The notes beneath the pieces were generated by a model. The model was given only the letters and a program-made list of their open reading frames with translations, made no database searches and was not told the origin of the DNA. Of a stretch of 64,000 nt of DNA, positions 53,455-62,852 are shown in pieces (position 1 is the stretch's first letter; each line of letters starts with the position of its first letter). Where the stretch lies: positions 4,488 through 68,487 of the forward strand of contig JAZRVP010000002.1 of NCBI GenBank assembly GCA_045599245.1, given 5' to 3'. Source of the stretch: Myxococcota bacterium (GTDB lineage Bacteria; Myxococcota_A; Bradymonadia; UBA4248). The position numbers and the translations under genes were made by a program.

Positions 53455-53560
53455 AACGCCGGCTAATGGCCTAACGGCCATACGCCAGGCGGTCCTCGCT
53501 AGTGGCCTAACGGCCATACGCTCGGACTTTTTTTCGCCATCCGGCTAAAAGCCGGCACAA
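53455..53560. repeat. 2x tandem TGGCCTAACGGCCATACGC hairpin repeat + ccggctaaaagccgg hairpin (family member R10)
   Basis: taatggcctaacggccatacgc at 53464..53485 and agtggcctaacggccatacgc at 53501..53521, then T7 and ccggc-taaaa-gccgg. Confidence 0.6.
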
Positions 53561-53820
53561 CAAAATAGCAATTTTATTCCCTTCTGGCAATATCCGCACG
53601 AACTATATTCTATCTTTTGCAATTTCTTTTATTATATTTATTATACATATCCCATCATCATTCACCAAATACAAAATTTAATTATATAACAACTATATAA
53701 ACACCACATTTACCGCACAAATCAACGCTTTTATCATCTTCACCTCCCCCTAATATATATTCAAATTGTTCAGCACCTCTCTCGACACGCACTTCCACAC
53801 CGCAATTATCATATTATATG

Positions 53821-53877
53821 CCTGTGCGTATGAAATAGCACAGGCACGGGCGGCGTATGGCTTCGCCATAGACGCCC
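53821..53877. repeat. two hairpins inside AT-rich island (family member R11)
   Basis: cctgtgc-gtatgaaata-gcacagg and ggcgtatggc-ttc-gccatagacgcc. Confidence 0.6.
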
Positions 53878-53951
53878 TCAAATATCATTTCACGCATTCT
53901 AATAAAACAAAATATAATATCCCGTCACACATCACATCCATTATATACTTT

Positions 53952-54800
53952 TCATCTGACTTTCAATAAATAATCTATCACTTCATTCGCATCCGCAATG
54001 ATGCCTTCATCTGCAAATTGATATATCGGCGCATCCTTATCCGTATTCACACCAATCAGACGATGAACATTCTGAATACCCGCCAAATGCTGTATCGCTC
54101 CCGATATGCCAAAGGCAATATAGATTTCCGATGAAACGCTTCGCCCTGTCTGCCCCACCTGAATATCATTCCGGCACCACCCCATATCCACAGCCAGACG
54201 AGACCCCGCGACTCCCGCACCATATTTTTCGGCACATCGCGATAGCTTCTCAAACGCATCACGACTCCCCAGTCCACGACCTCCCGCAAAAATGATACGC
54301 GCCCCATCCAGTGGAACCCCTTCCGACATAAATGAATCAAACTGACCTCTCCAGCCCCCTGGCTTTATGCCCTGCGCTTCAATTAGACTCGACATCACCG
54401 GCCAAATCCCCACTTCCTTCGCCGGCTCTTCCGGCACCAGCGTCGCACAGAATATCTTTTCCGGTACTTCCACCGTCTCAAATACCCGATTCGCACACAT
54501 CGCCCGTTCACACTTCGGTAGATGAACACATTTCAGTCCGCTGATAAACGAACAGTTTATATATGACGATAATATTGATAACACCCGAAGCCAATGCGGC
54601 TCATGCGGCGCCAATATCGCACAGCATTCATACCCGGATACAAAATCCAGTATTTTTCTCACCTCATCCATCGGCGATTCATGCCTCACACGCCCCTCTT
54701 CATACACGATACACTCGCTCTGAAGCAGCTCTTTCATGCACTGAACCTGGTGCTGATGCACCGCCTGCGTTACCTGACCCAACCAGAGAAACGAACTCAT
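53952..54800 (-). CDS. etfA: electron transfer flavoprotein alpha subunit (short N-terminal domain)
   Basis: C-terminal FAD-binding region IFAGGRGLGS...GQTGRSVSSEIYIAFGISGAIQHLAGIQ...GVNTDKDAPIYQFADEGIIAD. Confidence 0.8.
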   Translation of the reverse strand: MSSFLWLGQVTQAVHQHQVQCMKELLQSECIVYEEGRVRHESPMDEVRKILDFVSGYECCAILAPHEPHWLRVLSILSSYINCSFISGLKCVHLPKCERAMCANRVFETVEVPEKIFCATLVPEEPAKEVGIWPVMSSLIEAQGIKPGGWRGQFDSFMSEGVPLDGARIIFAGGRGLGSRDAFEKLSRCAEKYGAGVAGSRLAVDMGWCRNDIQVGQTGRSVSSEIYIAFGISGAIQHLAGIQNVHRLIGVNTDKDAPIYQFADEGIIADANEVIDYLLKVR

Positions 54801-54809
54801 CTTTACCTC

Positions 54810-55517
54810 TTACAATATCTCAAGCAACGCTTCTTTTGTAATGAACCGGCATACACGACGACGAACATCCCCCTCCCTGACTGAAACCGTTTTGAGCATA
54901 GATTCGGCTTCGACCACGGCAATTTCTTCAATCGGCTTGCGACGCGCCTTAATGATACTGGGAAGCCCCGGATACCTTGGTTCGGCCAGTCTCAGCTCCG
55001 ACGTCACCACAAACGGCGGCACCGACTCATACCGATATTCCCCGCCATCGTCCTCACAAACAATCGACCACAAATCACCGGACTTTGATATTTTCGACGC
55101 TGAACTAAAACACGGACAACCAAGATGTGCCGCCAGAAGCTGCCCCGTCACATGACGCTCAAAGTTCACACCCAATTTTCCCGTCATCCATATCGCCGGC
55201 GATGCCCCAAAATGAGAAAGTGCAGTCGCCACCACGCGCTCCGGCGTCAGAAAACGATTCTCACACGCGCCCCACACAGCTCGATCAGCCCCCATTGCCA
55301 ACACCTTGAGCAAATGGGATTTGTCCCCCGAAAGGCTGAAAACAACGACTTCATCCAGAAACCCGGCCTCTTTGAGCGAAACAGCCGCCTCAACCGCTAT
55401 CAAATCAAAGTCGTTGATGATGATATTTTCCTGGACCGGTTCAAGAAAAGAGCCGCTGCAAACCAGCGGCTCCTCCGGATTCTGAACCGTCGACACAAAC
55501 ACAACGGCTCGCATCAT
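54810..55517 (-). CDS. etfB: electron transfer flavoprotein beta subunit
   Basis: NDFDLIAVEAAVSLKE (compare NPxDxxAlEeALrlKE) and ..LAMGADRAV..; it lies immediately upstream of etfA on the same strand. Confidence 0.75.
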   Translation of the reverse strand: MMRAVVFVSTVQNPEEPLVCSGSFLEPVQENIIINDFDLIAVEAAVSLKEAGFLDEVVVFSLSGDKSHLLKVLAMGADRAVWGACENRFLTPERVVATALSHFGASPAIWMTGKLGVNFERHVTGQLLAAHLGCPCFSSASKISKSGDLWSIVCEDDGGEYRYESVPPFVVTSELRLAEPRYPGLPSIIKARRKPIEEIAVVEAESMLKTVSVREGDVRRRVCRFITKEALLEIL

Positions 55518-55518
55518 A

Positions 55519-56517
55519 TCAGCAACTCTCTATCTCGCGAAGCAGCGGTTCATAGTGCGTAATATCGTACGCAATCGAAAACGCCATTCTTGCCGCATCC
55601 GGATACGCACCTTTCATCTGTTTGCCGATATACATCGCGAGTTCATAAACCGACGGCGACGGCCCCAGAGGTATCTTTGCATCCGACAAACGCTGCTTGA
55701 CCGTGTCAATTTTGGGCTTCGACAAATCCACTTCGCGATGTTTGGCAATGGAATTGAGCTGCGCTCTGGCCTGGCCGGAATCTTCATAATCAAGGCTCAG
55801 ATAAATGAGTGAAAGTGCCAGCTCAAACTGCTCCTCGATCATCGCCAAACCCGCATATTCTCTATAAAATCGCGCCAAATGCCCGCGCGTGAACAAATAC
55901 GGATAGACGACTTCAAGAAGCCTGCGGCATTCCGCCATGTCTTTCTCGACTTTCGCAATCTGAAGCAGCTCCATATAAATCGGGAAACTCACAGGACACA
56001 GTTCCAGCGCCATCCCGTAGTATTTCTTCGCTTCATCATATCGCTTCATCTCAAAATAGGCGCCGCCCATCTGCATGTAAATGAACTGCGCAAGCGTCGA
56101 TATCCGTTCCACCTCTTTTTCACGGTCGTATCCCGATCGAAACAGCATCTCTTCAAACGGATGCACAAATGAACAATACTTTTTCTTTTCATCCACAGGC
56201 GGCTTGACTTCGCCAACCAGTTCTTCAAAAAGAGCAATGCCTTCTTCATATTTTCCGGCCTTCAGACACCCCTGCGCCTTCTCAATCATGTCCGTAAAAC
56301 GCGTATAGGCTTCTTCAAAACGTTTCGCTTCCTTCACGACTTCTTCATCCGGAAAATGCTCCGCAGCATACCTGCCCACGGCAGTCACAATCGAAAGATT
56401 CTCCTCATTTTTCGGAAGATTTCGACAGTACTGACGAAGGATATCGACGTCGTGATGGCTGTCTCCTGTGAACTGTGCTTCAAGGGATTGGATGATTTCC
56501 TCTATTTTTTTGTCCAT
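55519..56517 (-). CDS. TPR-like repeat protein
   Basis: 332 aa, helical repeat, W/Y..A.....G.Y..A TPR-like units. Confidence 0.65.
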   Translation of the reverse strand: MDKKIEEIIQSLEAQFTGDSHHDVDILRQYCRNLPKNEENLSIVTAVGRYAAEHFPDEEVVKEAKRFEEAYTRFTDMIEKAQGCLKAGKYEEGIALFEELVGEVKPPVDEKKKYCSFVHPFEEMLFRSGYDREKEVERISTLAQFIYMQMGGAYFEMKRYDEAKKYYGMALELCPVSFPIYMELLQIAKVEKDMAECRRLLEVVYPYLFTRGHLARFYREYAGLAMIEEQFELALSLIYLSLDYEDSGQARAQLNSIAKHREVDLSKPKIDTVKQRLSDAKIPLGPSPSVYELAMYIGKQMKGAYPDAARMAFSIAYDITHYEPLLREIESC

Positions 56518-56553
56518 TCTTTTCTTTCCTGATATTTCGCCAATCTGGCGAGG

Positions 56554-57504
56554 TTATTTGATTTCACTACCATCAACCGTAAACGGGATGTTCTGAAGAC
56601 GCCACTGCTCAGGGGGATTGGCGAACCTGAGCTGGCCACCCATCATAAACTGCTTTATCGTTGCCTCGATCATGCGATCAAAAGATGAATTGCCGCTCTT
56701 TCGGATAAAATCCCAGCCCCAGACAACGCCGTTGTCTCCAATCTTAATCCAGACCTGAGCCTTGAGTTTTTGAAGCTGTGCCTTGGGCAAAGTCGCGGGC
56801 GGAACCATCGTATTATCCAGTTTTGCCTTAACTTTTTGAAGATATGGGTCACCTTTACCTGTCGCCGATTTAGAGAGTTTTGAACCGTCCAGAGAGCCGC
56901 CAGGATCGATCTCACTCACGGGACGTGCTTCATCAAAATCCGTTGCTGCATTGAGCAAATCGTCGATATTCGGCGTCTTCTTGACAGGTTTATCCGCTTT
57001 CTTTTTGACCGCATCTTTTGCCGTCGTGACGGTATTCTCCTGCGATGGCTCCGGCGTGTTGATGATCCTCGGAAGGGCCGTTTTCTTCGTCTCGCTGCCA
57101 AGACGCGGAGCCTCCACAATGCTCACATCCTGTAATATCGGCACTTCCTCTTTGTCTGAACATGAACAGCTCTCGCGCTGTGCATAAATCACGTCATTGG
57201 CCTGGTCTTCCAGAATTAACAGCGCTCCTTCCAGCAAAAGCGGACTCAGATGAACGTCTTTTTTCTGTGCACCGCAAACCTTGTCTTCCGCTTCCTGCCA
57301 GTCCACCGCATGCACTTCAACCTGGAACAGACGACCATTATCGATATAGCGACAATACACCGTGTTCGGCGTCTCTTCTTGCATTTTGCTCTCTTCTGAA
57401 CCGCTGCTGAGCAAAAACATCGAAAAGATTGCCACGTGAACCAATACGCTGATGACTGCCCCAAAGATCCGTTCCAGGCCACCGCTCGTGCGCTGATTTC
57501 TCAT
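56554..57504 (-). CDS. TonB/TolA-like energy transducer (N-terminal TM anchor, Lys/Pro-rich linker, C-terminal domain)
   Basis: TM IFGAVISVLVHVAIFSMFLL; linker KKKADKPVKKTP; the start overlaps the exbD stop by 4 nt (ATGA). Confidence 0.65.
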   Translation of the reverse strand: MRNQRTSGGLERIFGAVISVLVHVAIFSMFLLSSGSEESKMQEETPNTVYCRYIDNGRLFQVEVHAVDWQEAEDKVCGAQKKDVHLSPLLLEGALLILEDQANDVIYAQRESCSCSDKEEVPILQDVSIVEAPRLGSETKKTALPRIINTPEPSQENTVTTAKDAVKKKADKPVKKTPNIDDLLNAATDFDEARPVSEIDPGGSLDGSKLSKSATGKGDPYLQKVKAKLDNTMVPPATLPKAQLQKLKAQVWIKIGDNGVVWGWDFIRKSGNSSFDRMIEATIKQFMMGGQLRFANPPEQWRLQNIPFTVDGSEIK

Positions 57505-58034
57505 GGTTTGCCCTCCAGAACGGCTTTAAAATGCGGATCCGTTACAATATCCACGCTCTGAAGCCCAAGCCCGCGAAATGCCTGCAATACGCCTGATACA
57601 AAGCCATACGGCGCATCCGCATCTGCCTCCAGATACAATCCCTCTTTGATCAGACGCTGATTCTGCCCCAAAGTCTGGACAATGATGTCAAAACACGGCT
57701 GCCAGAGTGCAGGCTCCCGCGTCCGCGAACAGTCCGCAATCGGATCCTGACCGCCGGCACTCGACAGCCCTCGTACGACAAATACGCGCAAATTCTTATC
57801 AATTACGACCACCAGCTTCGTCGTATCCGGATCCGCCAGATAGTCATTGTCCGGGGTTATCGGCAAGTTCAGAGACACCAGTGATTCCGTCTTCTCCTGG
57901 ATACTCTCCTGCTTCTTCTGCTCCAGCTGCCGCTGCTCCGCCGCTGCCGTCGTCACCATAAATATGATCAGCAGTACAAGCAATACGTCGACCAGCGGCG
58001 TCACATTGATTTCACTCAGTTTTCCTGATGCCAT
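57501..58034 (-). CDS. exbD: ExbD/TolR family biopolymer transport protein
   Basis: INVTPLVDVLLVLLIIFMVT N-terminal TM signature. Confidence 0.85.
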   Translation of the reverse strand: MASGKLSEINVTPLVDVLLVLLIIFMVTTAAAEQRQLEQKKQESIQEKTESLVSLNLPITPDNDYLADPDTTKLVVVIDKNLRVFVVRGLSSAGGQDPIADCSRTREPALWQPCFDIIVQTLGQNQRLIKEGLYLEADADAPYGFVSGVLQAFRGLGLQSVDIVTDPHFKAVLEGKP

Positions 58035-58067
58035 CGTTTCTTTTCCAAATTGCTGGATGTACGCCGA

Positions 58068-58781
58068 TTATTTGAAGAAGTGACGCTTCACGATATTCAG
58101 AAAATCATTCGAAAAGCTCTCCATATCCGAATGAAGAACTTTTATCTTCTGATTAAAATAATTGTACGCCATGACGCTTGGAATAGCCGCAACCAGCCCG
58201 ATTGCCGTCGCAATCAGAGCCTCTGCAATCGGACCCGCAACCGTCTGTATACCCATGTCAGACGCCGTCGCCGACAAATTCACAAACGCATGCATGATCC
58301 CCCAGACCGTACCAAACAGACCGATAAACGGTGCCGTCGATCCCGTCGTCGCCAAAAATGACAGGCTCTTCTCAAGCTCCGTCGTCTCCGCCAACGACGC
58401 TCGTCTCAAGGCACGCTCCACGTTCTCTATCCCGGAGAGCTCCATCGTCTCCGCATCTTTGTCCTTCTCTTTCTCGCCCTTCTTGAGCTTCGTCAATTCA
58501 ACGTAGCCTGCTTTAAACATCTGTGCTATCGGACTCGTCTTGAGCTGCTCCGCTTCCTTGTACGTATTGTCCAGTCTCTTCGACTTCCAGAATATTTCCT
58601 GAAATTTATCCGACTGACGACGTGCTTTCGATAAATACACCGCCTTCATCGCAATAAAATACCAGCTGATCAGACTCATCGATACCAGGATCACCAATAC
58701 TGCCATCACCGCTCCGGTCGATTCCTTTACCAGAGTCAGTACATCAAGCTGTTCTGCCGCTACTATGACTATGTGCTCCAT
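58068..58781 (-). CDS. exbB: MotA/TolQ/ExbB proton-channel family protein
   Basis: Three-TM topology with the conserved C-terminal TAPFIGLFGTVWGIM...GPIAEALIATAIGLVAAIPSVMAYNYF. Confidence 0.85.
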   Translation of the reverse strand: MEHIVIVAAEQLDVLTLVKESTGAVMAVLVILVSMSLISWYFIAMKAVYLSKARRQSDKFQEIFWKSKRLDNTYKEAEQLKTSPIAQMFKAGYVELTKLKKGEKEKDKDAETMELSGIENVERALRRASLAETTELEKSLSFLATTGSTAPFIGLFGTVWGIMHAFVNLSATASDMGIQTVAGPIAEALIATAIGLVAAIPSVMAYNYFNQKIKVLHSDMESFSNDFLNIVKRHFFK

Positions 58782-59029
58782 TGAGCCTTCTCCTTACTTG
58801 TTTACACTTACGCTTCCCGCTTCCTGCGAAAAATCAGCTCACCCGTTTACAGGATTTCACCCCGTACGAAAAGTGAAAATGCCTTGCACCACCACACAAA
58901 CAAAGGCAAAATATAAATCTTTTCCCCTTTCAGACGCTCCCGGCTTGTCTGCCTCTGACTGGACCGATACTCTCGCAGAATTATTGTCAAACCGGAGCCT
59001 TTTTCACTTCTTTCAATGGAGCTTTTGAC

Positions 59030-60892
59030 ATGGCATCTCACATTCCTCCTTTTCAGATTGATATCCGTTTCGATGACGCCTCCTCCGATTCCGCTGAAAT
59101 TCAGGCTCTCGCCGCTTCCCTCGAAAAACGCGGTCATTCCGTCTCCGTCAAACGCGCTCTCACAAAAGGTTCATTAGTGCGAGACTTCGCAAAACAAGCT
59201 CGCGACTTCAAAGATTCCGCAGAAAAAGATCTCCGCGATATCGCTGAAAACGTCCGTGATGTCGCTGAAACCGGTATGCAAAAACTTAAAGACATCGTCG
59301 AACCATACGTCCAGGCCAAATCTTCCTCTCAAAAAGATGAAAAATCTAAATCCAATGACAAAAAATCGGAAAATGCTTTCGATGACATCGGCCCCTCTGC
59401 CGCGTCTTCAAACGCATCGGACTCAACCAATAACGATAATCGCGCTCTCATCGTCACTTCCCCCGATGCCCTCCTCGACACGCCCTGGGATGCCATGAGA
59501 ATCGGCCTCATGACAAAAACTGAACTTAACGCCACATGGCAGCCCTCAACTCTCGATGCCATGGTCATTCCTCACTCTTCTTTCAGACCTTATCTCGAAT
59601 TTATCCATTGGGATCCCAAACGAATCTTCGAAGGCGGTTACCTCGCTCTGACAAAAACTTGCCCCTCTCTGTCCCACGAGGACGCTCAAAAACGTTTCAA
59701 TCTCGATCGAAACAACGGCCCCGTCCTCCTCGTCATGGCATCCGAATTTGATGACCTGCAGTCCCTCATCATTCAGCTCTCTCTCATCAAAATCCCAATG
59801 CAGCTCTTCTTTTACCACGCCGGAGACGCCTATAAAGCCGATCAGCTCCGTCTCCTCGCTCAAAAATTCTCCGTCAGTGCCAGAATGTTCGGCCGCGTCG
59901 ATCCCCTTCCCGACTATATCGCCATGGCAGACCTCGCCATCATTCATGCAAACGACAAAAATGCACAGCTCCTCGAAAATGCCGGCGTCCCGACTGTATT
60001 CGTCCTCAACCAGCAGACTCCCGCTCTCGCCACTTTCCTCGCTCACGAAAATGCCGCAGCCATTTCGCCGTCTATCATTAAACTTTCAAACGTCCTTGCA
60101 TCCATCATTCCTGACAACGCAAAACTCGATTTGATGAGACAAATTGCACAAAATATCTCGGCACTCGCAAACATCGAAAGATGTGCCGATGCCATCGAAG
60201 CGGCTCTGGCTAAAAAATCCGAAATCGCTCCCGATACCAAATCACGAAGTGTCACTGCGGATGGATTTGAAACCATCGGAAACTTCAACAATCAACCCGT
60301 TGAACAGACCTTTATCACGCCTCAGTCGATCGCACCTCAAGCCACGGCTCCGACGCAATACATTCAGCCTCAGCCCGTTGCTCAGCCCATGCTGACACCG
60401 CAAAATGAACGTATTGAACCACAAATCACCAATCCTGCCCCTGCTGCGTTCCTCACACCAAGCCTCAGTGCACGCTCGAAGACCGAAATTTCTGAAGAAT
60501 ATACAAAGCTCACCATCGCTGAACGTTCCATCGACAAATCACTCGATGACATCAGTGCAGAAGTTCGAAAATGGGAACAGCGTCTCGATCTCGCCAGACA
60601 AAATAATCGTGACGATCTCATCAATATCGCTCAGGCAAACCTCAAAACGGCTCAGGCTCAGGAAATGTCCCTTTTCCAGCAAAAAGATCAGATTCTGCAG
60701 CAAAAAAGCGTCTTGAAACAGAGCTTCAAACTTGCTTCTCCAAGCCTTCAGGAACCCCGTTCAAACATCGCAGCCATGCTCGATGCCGAACTTAACAGCC
60801 CTTCAAAAGAAGAACTCGAGACCGAAAAAGCATTTCTCGAAATGCAGAAAAATGACGCCCTCGCCAGACTGAAAAAGGATATGGGACGCTAA
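59030..60892 (+). CDS. hypothetical cytoplasmic protein with Q/P-rich linker and C-terminal coiled coil
   Basis: 620 aa, no signal peptide. A central globular region is followed by PQATAPTQYIQPQPVAQPMLTPQ and a coiled-coil tail. Family not recognised. Confidence 0.65.
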   Translation: MASHIPPFQIDIRFDDASSDSAEIQALAASLEKRGHSVSVKRALTKGSLVRDFAKQARDFKDSAEKDLRDIAENVRDVAETGMQKLKDIVEPYVQAKSSSQKDEKSKSNDKKSENAFDDIGPSAASSNASDSTNNDNRALIVTSPDALLDTPWDAMRIGLMTKTELNATWQPSTLDAMVIPHSSFRPYLEFIHWDPKRIFEGGYLALTKTCPSLSHEDAQKRFNLDRNNGPVLLVMASEFDDLQSLIIQLSLIKIPMQLFFYHAGDAYKADQLRLLAQKFSVSARMFGRVDPLPDYIAMADLAIIHANDKNAQLLENAGVPTVFVLNQQTPALATFLAHENAAAISPSIIKLSNVLASIIPDNAKLDLMRQIAQNISALANIERCADAIEAALAKKSEIAPDTKSRSVTADGFETIGNFNNQPVEQTFITPQSIAPQATAPTQYIQPQPVAQPMLTPQNERIEPQITNPAPAAFLTPSLSARSKTEISEEYTKLTIAERSIDKSLDDISAEVRKWEQRLDLARQNNRDDLINIAQANLKTAQAQEMSLFQQKDQILQQKSVLKQSFKLASPSLQEPRSNIAAMLDAELNSPSKEELETEKAFLEMQKNDALARLKKDMGR

Positions 60893-60913
60893 TTTATATA
60901 TATTTTGACGACT

Positions 60914-61020
60914 GCTATTGCTTCGCAATACGCAGCTCGTCCTGCGGCTATCGGCTTCGCCAATACGCCGCAGCCGCCCGTCTCCTCGCCGCCATTTCAT
61001 GGCGACTCAATACGACGGGC
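60914..61020. repeat. hairpin repeats between convergent genes (family member R12)
   Basis: tattgc-ttc-gcaata and cggctatcggc-ttc-gccaatacgccg. Confidence 0.55.
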
Positions 61021-61069
61021 TTTTTATTTATCCGGAAACATTCGACAGAGAATACTTCCTTTTATTACT

Positions 61070-61597
61070 TTATTTCTTTGTGCGATGATACTCGACATAA
61101 TCCGGGTCATGCGTCAGATTCATCGACAAATACACGTGTTTGTTTTCGTGATTAAAGCCGTGTTTCCGAAAAAATCTGATGGCAGGTTCATTGTTCGCAT
61201 CAGTATCCACCAATATCATTCTCGCACCTAATTCAATAAATCGCTCCCGCATTACTTTAAATAATATCGAACCAACGCCAACACGTTCCAGATTCGGATC
61301 CACACCAAGCCAAACCAGATATCCGTACCGCCACGAACTCTTCTCTTTTTCAATCACATTTCCGAGGGCAAACCCTATCACCTTCTCCTGGCGCGTCGCC
61401 ACAAGACATGTTTCCGTATCCGACGAAAAAAACGACACAACCTCGTATTCATCCCAGGTTCGATACAGCGCCGGCCAGCGGTCCGCTGTAAATATTCTCT
61501 CTCCGAGATAAAATACCGCTGCCAGATCCCCGATTTCCATCTCCCGGATATCAAACGAATTCTCGCCGGCTTCGTGATGATAGAGTGTGTATGACAT
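61070..61597 (-). CDS. GNAT family N-acetyltransferase
   Basis: GNAT motif A region ..IGFALG..., RVGVGSILF, and the C-terminal NEPAIRFFRKHGF. Confidence 0.85.
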   Translation of the reverse strand: MSYTLYHHEAGENSFDIREMEIGDLAAVFYLGERIFTADRWPALYRTWDEYEVVSFFSSDTETCLVATRQEKVIGFALGNVIEKEKSSWRYGYLVWLGVDPNLERVGVGSILFKVMRERFIELGARMILVDTDANNEPAIRFFRKHGFNHENKHVYLSMNLTHDPDYVEYHRTKK

Positions 61598-61599
61598 CG

Positions 61600-62400
61600 C
61601 TATTTCTTACAGTTCGTTTTGGCTTCTTTCAGACGGCTGGATGCATCTTTATAACCAAGTGCCTCAAGTGTCTGGAACGATTTCTGAGCCAATTCACAAT
61701 TGCCTATCTTCATCCCTGAATCCCCCATAATATATATGATTTCATTGCGAGACGCTCCTTTGGGAAATACCTGAAGATATTTCGTCGTGTAACTGATCGC
61801 ATCGCGATCAAGCCCTTCTTTCGAACACAATGTCGCCATCTCCAGCAATAACGCTTCATTGCGTTCATCCGCAGGATATCGCTTCAAAAACTCAACCGTT
61901 CCGGCTTTTTGGGATGCCAGTTCGCCTGAAGCCTTTTTCTCTTGAATAAACTGATACAGGGCTTCCTGGTCGCTGGGAAGAATTACGTTCGATCCACCGG
62001 TCGTGCTTGCGACCGATCCCATCACCGTCTGAAGACTCGACTGCATTTCATCCAGTGCTTTCTGCTGAACATCGAGACGACCTCGCATCGCCGCGAGCTC
62101 TGCTCGCTCCTGTTCAAGTTCCAAGGACAACTGAACGTTCTGTTGTGACACGCGATCGTGCGTCTCATCCTGGCTGCTTCCCAATTCCTCCAGCTTCTTA
62201 TCCGCCCGAAGAATCATCTCCGTGAGCTGCGTCTGATCGTTATTCACGCGTTTCTGAATCTCATTAAACTGAAGCTGAAGTGCCTCAATATCGGCTTCCA
62301 TCTTCTCAACGCGAGTCGCGCAAACAAACCCCGTCGTCGGAATAAAAAGCAATACCAGCAATATAGAACATACAATACGGAATTTCATCGTTTCCTCCAT
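61600..62400 (-). CDS. secreted coiled-coil + C-terminal TPR protein (YbgF/CpoB-like architecture)
   Basis: Signal peptide, a long coiled coil (EALQLQFNEIQKRVNNDQTQLTEM...), and a C-terminal TPR-like portion (..ALLLEMATLCSKEGLDRDAISYTTKYLQVFP..). Its stop lies 2 nt before the GNAT start. Confidence 0.65.
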   Translation of the reverse strand: MEETMKFRIVCSILLVLLFIPTTGFVCATRVEKMEADIEALQLQFNEIQKRVNNDQTQLTEMILRADKKLEELGSSQDETHDRVSQQNVQLSLELEQERAELAAMRGRLDVQQKALDEMQSSLQTVMGSVASTTGGSNVILPSDQEALYQFIQEKKASGELASQKAGTVEFLKRYPADERNEALLLEMATLCSKEGLDRDAISYTTKYLQVFPKGASRNEIIYIMGDSGMKIGNCELAQKSFQTLEALGYKDASSRLKEAKTNCKK

Positions 62401-62852
62401 GAAAAAAGCCCCAATATCACTACCATATTCACTTATTTACCGACAAACCATTTTCATCGTTATTGTGCTGGCTATAGCCTTGCATCCCTCTAACCAAGCA
62501 CAAATGCACAAGGCTTCAAAGGAAACGCCAGGCTGCAAGTTGCCCCCGGATAACGCATCAAACCTCACGACCAACCATCATCTTGCCAAGACGATATGCA
62601 GCCACATTCCAGATCAAAATCACCTATTCAGGCAAACTGAATACGACCTTATGACCGGTTCAGGCGACATACACCACGATGAAATCGATGACGGCTAGAC
62701 TGTTGTTTTATGCGGCAATGAGAATTTCGAACACACCAGCACACGACTTTCCCCCTCCCCGAATTATTTTGTAAAATTTATGTCCTTTTTTCCGAAAAAT
62801 GCCCAATTAAATGCATACAAGTTCGTTCAGTCACAATAAATTGAGGTTCAAT

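Noticed and set aside
53766-53969. 67-aa ORF inside the AT-rich island
   Set aside because: It spans the R11 hairpins and AT-rich DNA, and has no start context. It overlaps the 3' end of etfA on the opposite strand.
62399-62698. 99-aa ORF starting MKKAPISLPYSL with a hydrophobic segment
   Set aside because: Its ATG overlaps the start codon of the divergently oriented YbgF-like gene (ccATGaaa / cat on the other strand), leaving no room for a promoter. It is most likely an intergenic artefact, though a small membrane peptide cannot be fully excluded.
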